Below, one piece after another: positions 18,095 through 25,030 of a stretch of DNA of 30,648 nucleotides. Positions within the stretch are counted from its first letter, which is position 1; each line of letters begins with the position of its first letter. Source of the DNA: Polyangiales bacterium. GTDB taxonomy: Bacteria > Myxococcota_A > Polyangia > Polyangiales > Polyangiaceae. Made by a program: the position numbers and the translations under genes. A model generated the notes under the pieces. It saw only the letters and a program-made list of their open reading frames with translations. It was not told where the DNA came from and searched no databases. Where the stretch lies: assembly GCA_038230375.1 (NCBI GenBank), contig JBBRNJ010000099.1, positions 1 to 30,648 of the forward strand. Direction: 5' to 3'.

Positions 18095-19624
18095 TTAGAG
18101 TGCGACCTGCGTCCCGGACTTACCGTCGGTGCCAGGGTTGCCACCATTGCCAGCAGTGCCGCCGCCAGCGCCTGGGGAACCAGCTCCTCCAGGATCGCCT
18201 TTGGTGCTGGGCGTCAAGGTCGTGCCGCTGACGGATGGCGCGCTGCCCGAATACCCGATGGCCGCCGAGATGCCTCCGGCACCGCCGCCGCCACCACTGC
18301 CGCCAGCTCCGTAGCCGCCCATCGCGCCATCGCACGCGCCAGGCCCCGTCGCGCCACCAGTCTCGCCATCCTGCGCGGGGCCACCGAGACCACCCGAGCC
18401 CGCCGCCCCTGACTGGAACAAACCTCCCACAGCGGAGACGGAAGAACTGAACGCGAGAAGGGCGAAGCTAGAACCTCCGTTGCCGGCTGCAGCGCCGCCC
18501 GCACCGCCGCAACCCCCGCAGCCTCCGCCACCGCCCCCCGCGACGCCCGTGCGACCGCCACCACCGCCGCCACCTTGGCCTGGATTGCCCGCCTTGCCTT
18601 TGGCGCTATCGCTTGTGTTCGCCCAGCCGGTGGCTGAAAGGACACCTGCCTTCGTCGCTCCGGCGCCCCCGCCATTTGCGACCCCGTTCGCCCCGGTGCC
18701 TCCGTTTGTACACATGTTGCCGCCGCCGCCGCCGTTTAGAACACCGACAGCAGGGTTCGAGGTTCCGGGATCGCCGCCTGCGGCGATGGCTCCGCCCTTG
18801 CCACCCGTCGAGGAAGTACCATCGAGGCAGTTGCAGACCACGCTGTTGCCGCCATTCGCCGCCGGTGTGCCAGCGGTTGCGGTGCCTGTCCAGTTGGAAC
18901 CCATTGTTCCGGGCGCTCCCATTGCCCCCGCCCCCGCGACCAGCTCGACTCGCGCGAACTTGACGGAAGCAGACGCGACGAACGCTGCAATGGCCGAATC
19001 ACCAGAAACTGCCTGGTCGGCGCTGCCCTCAAACCGCATGTCTTCCACAGTCGCGCCCCCGACGCCCTTCAGTGAGAGCGCGGGCTTTGTGCTCGGGTTC
19101 ACGACGGGCTTAGTGCCTGAGTACTTCCACGAACCGCAGTCGAAGCCTCCGAAAAGGCTCGGACCATGTGTTGCGTCCAGGGAGACGTTTTCAGCGTAGT
19201 TGCCGGCGCAAACGTACACGCGTGGAAGCGGGCCCGCGCTGGCGACGGCTTTCGCGATCGTCTTGAACGGCATCGCCCTCGTACCCACGTTGGAGTCGGA
19301 GCCGCCCGCGCCGTCGACGAACATACCGACCGAGTCCGCGACGCACGCTGGCGAGTCTTTTGGATCCTGTGTGAGCACGCATCCGGGCGGAGCGTCGATC
19401 GTGCCGCCCTCGACGATGTTCATGTTGCCGTCGCCGGTCGCGTCCCCGGGTGAGCCTTCGCCGCCGCCGCCTTCGTCGAGATGGCAGCTGCCCGCCTCGT
19501 CGAACGTGCAGTCGCACGTGCCGAGGTCGATGCAGTCAGACTGGTTCATGCCCGGACAGCCGCCGAGCGCGAACGCGAGGCCGAGACCGGGAATGAGAAG
19601 AAGCGGAATGGCGGCGCGGCGCAT
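18095..19624 (-). CDS. Gly-rich PGRS-like myxobacterial lipoprotein with a DUF1565-like region
   Basis: ATG 19624 overlaps the upstream TGA; lipobox LGGC; FVDGAGGSDSNVGTRAMPFKTIAKAV, VYVCAGNYAE, GGGGGCGGCGG, GNGGSSFAL. Confidence 0.88.
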   Translation of the reverse strand: MRRAAIPLLLIPGLGLAFALGGCPGMNQSDCIDLGTCDCTFDEAGSCHLDEGGGGEGSPGDATGDGNMNIVEGGTIDAPPGCVLTQDPKDSPACVADSVGMFVDGAGGSDSNVGTRAMPFKTIAKAVASAGPLPRVYVCAGNYAENVSLDATHGPSLFGGFDCGSWKYSGTKPVVNPSTKPALSLKGVGGATVEDMRFEGSADQAVSGDSAIAAFVASASVKFARVELVAGAGAMGAPGTMGSNWTGTATAGTPAANGGNSVVCNCLDGTSSTGGKGGAIAAGGDPGTSNPAVGVLNGGGGGNMCTNGGTGANGVANGGGAGATKAGVLSATGWANTSDSAKGKAGNPGQGGGGGGGRTGVAGGGGGGCGGCGGAGGAAAGNGGSSFALLAFSSSVSAVGGLFQSGAAGSGGLGGPAQDGETGGATGPGACDGAMGGYGAGGSGGGGGAGGISAAIGYSGSAPSVSGTTLTPSTKGDPGGAGSPGAGGGTAGNGGNPGTDGKSGTQVAL

Positions 19625-20205
19625 CAGAAGCGAGCCTCCCATGCGGCGCCGGCCATGTTCGGCCCGACGATTGGCGCGAAGCTCTGCTTGCTCTCCGCGG
19701 AGTGGTCCACCATCACCTGGATGAAGAACGCGCCCGCGCCGAGAAACGCGGCCCCCATGCCGCCATATAAGCCGGCCGCGAGGTTGTAGTCATTGTCGCG
19801 GGCCTTCTTGATGCCAGCGTACGTCGCGCACTGGTCGGGCCCCTTGCACTGCGGCCCGACCTGTTGCACGCCGGGGCCGGGGTTCAGGTCAACGTTGCCG
19901 TGGTTTCGGATGAAGTCCTGTCGCGCGTTCTCCTTGCCGATGCCATCCAGGTGGAAGCCGAGGGCAACGCCGCCGCTCACGAGGCCGAGGCCGAGGAAGC
20001 CGAACACGAACGCCTTCCGGGCCGTCGCGTCGCCGCCGTGTCCCCAGATCGAAGTGCCGGGCGTCTGGGCAGAAGGGGAGGGCGCGGGTTCGTCAGCGCG
20101 TGCGGTTGTGGCAGTGCTGATCATCAGCGACGACGCCACGAGGGCTGCGCAGAGCCGCTTGCCTGCGGACTCGATGGCGGTGTTGCCTTTGCGATGCGGA
20201 ACCAT
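19624..20205 (-). CDS. Exported protein resembling the C-terminal membrane part of myxobacterial TPR/PEGA proteins
   Basis: Signal peptide ending ARA-D, two Gly-rich hydrophobic helices around a Cys pair, C-terminus APIVGPNMAGAAWEARF; translationally coupled to the PGRS-like gene; start uncertain (20205 or 20256). Confidence 0.72.
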   Translation of the reverse strand: MVPHRKGNTAIESAGKRLCAALVASSLMISTATTARADEPAPSPSAQTPGTSIWGHGGDATARKAFVFGFLGLGLVSGGVALGFHLDGIGKENARQDFIRNHGNVDLNPGPGVQQVGPQCKGPDQCATYAGIKKARDNDYNLAAGLYGGMGAAFLGAGAFFIQVMVDHSAESKQSFAPIVGPNMAGAAWEARF

Positions 20206-20359
20206 GCGTAAGATCTCCCTGTCGGACGGAGCCGAGGAACGAAAGCAGCGTACCATGATGTGCGTACCTCGGGACTAGCCCAAGACCGGGCGGTTGGCCC
20301 AGCGAACGGCGCGCGCGGATCTAGCCCAAAGCGGCTAGGCACCCAGCCTGCGGCCCCCC

Positions 20360-20448
20360 GAGCCGGACGGGCATTTGGTTCTCCAGCGATCGGAAATCGA
20401 GGGAGATTCAGCCGGTGAGGCCTCGCGTTCTGGCACCAGAACGCGAGC
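20360..20448 (+). repeat. Uninterrupted repeat (copy B, ~89 bp)
   Basis: Matches 16663-16689 joined to 17690-17749; inverted repeat CTCGCGTTCTGG-CA-CCAGAACGCGAG at 20422-20447. Confidence 0.92.
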
Positions 20449-20672
20449 ACGGCGGCGCCAGTCATAGCGGCGTCCCGTCCTCGTCGAAAACATCGCGACG
20501 TGCAGGTCGTAGACGGCCTCATCATGAGCTGCCGGCGTGATGTGGCCTGGTTGAACGCCCATCGCCGGCCCCGCCACTCGGCCTCGACGAGGAGCGGCTC
20601 CTGATCGTCGTAGTACTCGAGGCGCCGGACCTTGGTGTCGAGCGGCTTCGTCCTCCGCTCCCGCCGCGCCAC
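20449..20672 (-). pseudogene. Probable truncated, frameshifted Fic-family toxin N-terminus
   Basis: GTG 2 bp after the antitoxin-like stop. LLVEAEWRG, then after a frameshift AVYDLHVAMF...YDW, resembling the Fic LHxxMFxxxYDWAG region. Ends at repeat B; no HPFxxGNGR motif. Confidence 0.45.
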
Positions 20673-20674
20673 GC

Positions 20675-20860
20675 CTACTTCTCGAGGCGTTCGCCGACGG
20701 CGCGCACGGCATCTTCCGTCACCGGGTAGCCCTCGACCGCGAGAGACTGCTGGATGCTCTGCACAAGCCGCGGGTTCACGCGACCATCGGTCGCGCGCGT
20801 GTCGCCGAGCAGCCGGTGCCGGATCTCGCTCACGCGGGTGGCAGGAGTAACCGTGAACAT
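20675..20860 (-). CDS. Small protein, probable FicA/VbhA-like antitoxin
   Basis: 61 aa containing SLAVEG, the (S/T)xxxE(G/N) Fic-inhibitory motif; TATACT -10-like box at 20870-20875 inside a CGTCC/GGACG inverted repeat. Confidence 0.55.
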   Translation of the reverse strand: MFTVTPATRVSEIRHRLLGDTRATDGRVNPRLVQSIQQSLAVEGYPVTEDAVRAVGERLEK

Positions 20861-21017
20861 CGTCCATCAAGTATAGGACGACTTGCTGACGGCGCCGCGA
20901 TTGAAGCTCGCACCCAGTAGAACTCGGCGCGCGCACCGAAAACCGGTCTGGAGGATGCGCGCAGTTTCGCACCGCGATCCGCCTTGCCACCCGACCGCGC
21001 TCACGCGACATTGAAGG

Positions 21018-21254
21018 ATGCGCCGCATCTTCTTCTCGGTCGCCACCGCGCTCGTCGTGGGCCTGGGGATCATCGCGCCATCGTCCGCCGCGACGCCGCC
21101 ATCCGCGCCCGCTGACGCCTGCGTTCCGGTCGAGCACTGCTGCAAGGTCTGCGACGGAGGCCTCGCGTGCGGCAACAGCTGCATCAGCCGCGCGAAGACC
21201 TGCAACAAGGGTCGTGGCTGCGCATGCAACAAGAGCGAGCTCTGCGGCAGCTAG
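21018..21254 (+). CDS. Small secreted Cys-rich protein
   Basis: 78 aa; signal peptide, then 10 Cys including CCKVCDGGLACGNSCISRAKTCNKGRGCAC; GAAGGA-like sequence at the start. Confidence 0.82.
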   Translation: MRRIFFSVATALVVGLGIIAPSSAATPPSAPADACVPVEHCCKVCDGGLACGNSCISRAKTCNKGRGCACNKSELCGS

Positions 21255-21276
21255 CCATCGCAGCGCGGCGATGCGC

Positions 21277-21296
21277 AAATTACGGCGCCGTAATTT
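21277..21296. repeat. Perfect 20-bp palindrome
   Basis: AAATTACGGCGCCGTAATTT is its own reverse complement and has AT-rich arms in a GC-rich background. Confidence 0.9.
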
Positions 21297-21353
21297 CTTC
21301 GATCTGTGGGAAAAGTGGCCGCCGTTCCGATCGGTTTACGATCTGGCGGAGGG

Positions 21354-21530
21354 CTACTTCCGGAGCTCGCGCGCGACCACGGTGAGGGCCTTTTGGAGGT
21401 CCGTCGTCTGGGCGAGCAGCGCGTCGCGCTCCTTGTCCGTCATGCTGCTGCGGAGCTCGCGCAGGCGCTGGAGCGGCGCGCGTTCCAGGAGCTGTGTGCT
21501 GAGCCGCGCGAGCTGGTTTCGGATCGGCGC
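21354..21530 (-). pseudogene. C-terminal remnant of a helical protein, paralogous to 17750-18086
   Basis: APIRNQLARL...ERDALLAQTTDLQKALTVVARELRK-stop; no convincing start upstream. Confidence 0.5.
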
Positions 21531-21641
21531 GCCGGCGAACGAGTCGAATTGCCGGACGCAGCGCCGCGGCTCGATAGTCGAAGACGGGGAAATCGGAACC
21601 GTTGTGCCAAGTCGCACGGCGAGCGATGATGCGCGACCCCG

Positions 21642-23123
21642 ATGAAGTCTGTCCTCGACCTCGCGTATGCGCCACGCACAGAGTGGGAAGCCCGCGCCCG
21701 CGGAGCCTTCTCGGCCGCGCTCACCGAGCGCTATCCGCGCGTGAAAGCGCTCACGGAGAAGAAGAACGATGAGCGGCACTTCCAGCTTCGTGTGAATGCG
21801 GACGCCAAGGAGGGCGCGCTCCCATTCGCCGCCCTACTCCCGCCCGACCAGGAGCTAACTGGCGGCTATGGCGGGATGAGCTTCGTCATGTTCCCCGCGG
21901 ACAAGCCCGGCGCCCCGGCGATCATCTCGATGGGCGTCGGCTCAAATGGCCTGGCACCCGATGAAGCGATCCTGGGCCGGCCTGGGCATGGCCGAAAATG
22001 CGCCGCGATCGCTTCCTGGTTGAATACCCGCGCCGTCGGCGCGGCGTGGGCAAAGCGTGACCCCGTTAGAATCGACCTCGCCCTTCCTCGCGTGCTCACG
22101 GAGCACCTCGAAGCATGGGAGAACGCGCTGAAAGACTACGGGCGCCTTCTCTACGCCACATTCGTGCCGGCGGCAGTGCGCACGCCCGCGACAGACGCAG
22201 TAGCCCTCGACGCGATCACAGCTTCTATTGATCTCTTCTTCGACGAGCGCCGCATCGCGCCAAAGAAAGAGTTTCAAGGCGACGCGGAGCGAATCAGACG
22301 AGCGTGGATGTCGCGCGTCCTGCCGGGGACGACCGATGAGGAGGTCTCCGATCTGCTCAAGCGGCGTCGATTCGCGATCGTCGAGGGCCCGCCGGGGACT
22401 GGCAAGACCGAGCTCGCGAGCCGTGTCCTGCGCGAGCGATATGGCGGCCGCGGGCGCATCATCCAGTTCCACCCTGGAACGACCTATGAGTCCTTCATCG
22501 GAGGCCTCGCTCCGCACGACGGCGGGGCTCTCGGCTTCACATTCCGTCCAATGCGCGGGCACCTCATGGACGCAGCGCTGGAGGCGGCCAGTGACTCGAA
22601 GAAGCCATATCTTCTCGTGATCGATGAGATCAATCGTGCGGATCTTTCGAAGGTCCTTGGTGAGGCCATCTATCTCTTCGAGCCCGGCCGCTCCGACCGA
22701 GAGATCGCGTTGGCGCATGAGTTCGATAAGGTAGGTCGGACCCTCCGGCTGCCCGAGAATCTGCACGTCCTCGGGACGATGAACAGCGCCGATCGGAGCA
22801 TCGCGATCCTCGACGTCGCGGTGCGTAGGCGATTCGCATTCGTCCCGCTCTGGCCGCAGTCCTCGGTCGTCGAGGAGCATTCGGGCGAGATCTTGCAACG
22901 GGGCTTCCACGATCTGCTGACCTTGTTTGTAGAGCATGCGAGTGAGGATGCACTGCCACTCACGCCCGGGCACGCGTACTTCCTCGGCAACGATGCCGAG
23001 GCGCAGTCGCGACTGGCGACCTCCGTGCGACCACTTCTGGAGGAATACTTGGCGCAGGGTTACGTCGCAGGATTCGCCGACGAGATCCGGGCGTATATCG
23101 ATCGAATTGCGCAGGTGACCTGA
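21642..23123 (+). CDS. mcrB: McrB-family AAA+ GTPase (type IV restriction)
   Basis: GPPGTGKT, QFHPGTTYESFIGG, LVIDEINRA, GTMNSADRS (NxxD), AVRRRF; directly upstream of mcrC. Confidence 0.93.
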   Translation: MKSVLDLAYAPRTEWEARARGAFSAALTERYPRVKALTEKKNDERHFQLRVNADAKEGALPFAALLPPDQELTGGYGGMSFVMFPADKPGAPAIISMGVGSNGLAPDEAILGRPGHGRKCAAIASWLNTRAVGAAWAKRDPVRIDLALPRVLTEHLEAWENALKDYGRLLYATFVPAAVRTPATDAVALDAITASIDLFFDERRIAPKKEFQGDAERIRRAWMSRVLPGTTDEEVSDLLKRRRFAIVEGPPGTGKTELASRVLRERYGGRGRIIQFHPGTTYESFIGGLAPHDGGALGFTFRPMRGHLMDAALEAASDSKKPYLLVIDEINRADLSKVLGEAIYLFEPGRSDREIALAHEFDKVGRTLRLPENLHVLGTMNSADRSIAILDVAVRRRFAFVPLWPQSSVVEEHSGEILQRGFHDLLTLFVEHASEDALPLTPGHAYFLGNDAEAQSRLATSVRPLLEEYLAQGYVAGFADEIRAYIDRIAQVT

Positions 23124-23125
23124 CC

Positions 23126-24577
23126 GTGGCGAAGGGACGGAAGCTTGCAATGTACGCGCGTGCTCCGGCAGCGCGGGTCGTGGCCGGAACGCGAGCGGTG
23201 CCCGACAGCTCGGAGCGCTTCGTTCCTACGCTCGACTGGCTCGGCGGCGACGGCGCCGATCGCAAAGCGTCGGCCGAGCGACGCGCAGAGTCGTTGGTCG
23301 CGGCGAACGCCGGTCTCCTCCGCGATCTGGGTGTCACGGCGATGCCGGCGCGACGCTCTGGAGAGCCCGGTCTGCTAGTGAGCACGTCCACTCGGATCGG
23401 CGCGGTCCCTCTCCTGTCGCCCGTGACGGGACGTCCGGACTTCGGTCTGGTCGTAGAGCCACGATTCACCTGGTCTTCGGCCGGCGACATGCTCGCCGGA
23501 ACCGGCTTCCGCGTGGTCCCTGATCTCCTGCCCCTTCCGGATCTACCTCAATCCGAGCGCCGCGTGCCACCCTGGGTACTCTCGAGCGTTGTCCTGATGC
23601 GACTGAGAGCGCTCTTGGACTCGCTGCAGCGTCGCTTCGTCTTCGCCAGGGCGGACGTGCGAGCGCCACGCGGGCAGGTTGAGTGGAGCGCCTATGCGAC
23701 GCGCTTTGCGCAGGGACGAGTGCTCGATGTGCCGTGCCGCTTTCCCGATCTTCGCGAGGATGAAGAACTGCGGGCCGCGATTCACTGGGTCGTCCGGCGC
23801 CATCGCGACGCGCTTCTTGGTCAGGCGGCCGCCGGTCTGGTGGTCCACCGACTTCTCGCGCTCTGCGATCTTCTGCTCGCGCGTCTCTCGGGGACTCCTC
23901 CGCGCATGCCAGAGAGCGCGCAGCGCCGAGCGTGGTCTCGACGCTCGGTCGCACCGCGTGCGTTTCGTGAAGGCCTGCTCGCGATTGACTGGACGGTTGA
24001 CGAGCGCGGACTCGCGGGCCTCTCCGATCTGTCGGGACTGGCGTGGCGAATGGACATGGAGACATTCTTCGAGGCGTGGGTAGAGTCGGTCGCGGAGAGC
24101 GCGGCGCTGCGCACGGGCGCACGTTTGCGGGCGGGTCGGCGGCACGAGACGCGTCTCCCTCTCGACTGGAAGCCGCCGTCAGCAGGATCGCAGCGGTCGC
24201 TCATTCCCGATGTCATCATGCAGCGTCCTGACGTCGTCGTGGTCCTCGATGCCAAGTACAAGCGCCACGCCGAACAGATCGAGCGCCTTGGCTGGCTGAA
24301 TGCGGATGCGACTCTCCGAGAGCAGCATCGTAACGACGTCCTGCAAGCACTCGCGTACTCGACGCTCTTCGACGCCCCGCGCATCGTCGCGTGCTTGGTC
24401 TACCCGGCAGCGCCAGAGACGTGGAGGAGGTTGGTGGAGCGAGGGCGAGTTGCGATGCGGGCGAAAGTCCGCGCGGGCGCCCGAAACGTGGAGCTCGCGC
24501 TCGTGGCCGTGCCACTCTCGGGGGATCGCCAGGCGGCGGGCGCGGCGATTGAGGAGATCGTGCGGGTAGCCGCGTAG
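23126..24577 (+). CDS. mcrC: McrC-family PD-(D/E)xK restriction nuclease subunit
   Basis: RGQVEW, DMETFFEAWV, LIPDV...VLDAKYK, DVLQALAY; 2 bp after mcrB. Confidence 0.9.
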   Translation: MAKGRKLAMYARAPAARVVAGTRAVPDSSERFVPTLDWLGGDGADRKASAERRAESLVAANAGLLRDLGVTAMPARRSGEPGLLVSTSTRIGAVPLLSPVTGRPDFGLVVEPRFTWSSAGDMLAGTGFRVVPDLLPLPDLPQSERRVPPWVLSSVVLMRLRALLDSLQRRFVFARADVRAPRGQVEWSAYATRFAQGRVLDVPCRFPDLREDEELRAAIHWVVRRHRDALLGQAAAGLVVHRLLALCDLLLARLSGTPPRMPESAQRRAWSRRSVAPRAFREGLLAIDWTVDERGLAGLSDLSGLAWRMDMETFFEAWVESVAESAALRTGARLRAGRRHETRLPLDWKPPSAGSQRSLIPDVIMQRPDVVVVLDAKYKRHAEQIERLGWLNADATLREQHRNDVLQALAYSTLFDAPRIVACLVYPAAPETWRRLVERGRVAMRAKVRAGARNVELALVAVPLSGDRQAAGAAIEEIVRVAA

Positions 24578-24761
24578 TGCCCAGCTCGCCGGGGCAATAT
24601 TTCCGCTGCAATCGATCGCGCTGAGCGCAACAACGTCCGAGCTTCTAGAACGCGAACTAGTTCTCGCCCAAGCGGTGATGCAGGGGGTGATGCGAACGCA
24701 GGCAGAAGAAGCGGGGCAGGACCGGGGCTCTGGTGGAGAACCCACAAGAACCACACAAACG

Positions 24762-24795
24762 AAAAAAGCCCCGGTCAACAGTTGGGACCGGGGCT
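24762..24795 (-). terminator. Rho-independent terminator downstream of the tRNA 3' end
   Basis: 10-bp stem AGCCCCGGTC/GACCGGGGCT, 9-nt loop, followed on the minus strand by a T-run. Confidence 0.8.
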
Positions 24796-24800
24796 CTGGC

Positions 24801-24844
24801 GGAGCGGGAGAAGGGATTCGAACCCTCGACGTCCACCTTGGCAA
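24801..24844 (-). mobile_element. 3' half of tRNA-Gly(GCC); att-site duplication at an island boundary
   Basis: Minus strand TTGCCAAGGTGGACGTCGAGGGTTCGAATCCCTTCTCCCGCTCC contains the anticodon loop, T-arm (GGTTCGAATCC) and 3' acceptor strand. The upstream sequence cannot form the anticodon or acceptor stems. Confidence 0.85.
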
Positions 24845-25030
24845 TACGCTCTCACCAGCGATATTTCGCGGTGAAAAAGCATCTGATCAGTTCCTACCCA
24901 CCCTTTATCCCACCATTTGCGGCGGAGGTGAAGCGCGATCGCGCGCTTCACCGCGAAGAAGTGGAGCTCGCTTCGGGAGCGAGGTCAATCGGGTTTCTTC
25001 CGAGCCTGGGCTCGCGCCAACGAGCCCTCG

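Noticed and set aside
1551..18147. Extended starts in the ORF track (4160, 4963, 6746, 7784, 9960, 15504, 15726, 18147)
   Set aside because: They overlap neighbouring genes; downstream starts fit signal peptides, RBSs or stop-start coupling better.
18129..19199. Pro-rich plus-strand ORFs
   Set aside because: Antisense reading of the Gly-rich PGRS-like gene.
20276..20338. CTAGCCCAA repeated at 20276 and 20321 with a small hairpin
   Set aside because: Short and two-copy; may be an operator but cannot be supported further.
16663..20448. CRISPR array or classical integron attC sites
   Set aside because: Only two copies kilobases apart, no regular spacers, no cas or intI gene, and no RYYYAAC/GTTRRRY ends.
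24734..24742. TGGAGAACC near the tRNA end matches the reverse complement of the cassette core GGTTCTCCA
   Set aside because: Only 9 bp, in the opposite orientation and without flanking similarity; could be chance.
24801..24875. Complete tRNA-Gly gene
   Set aside because: The 5' half cannot pair to form acceptor or anticodon stems; treated as an att fragment.
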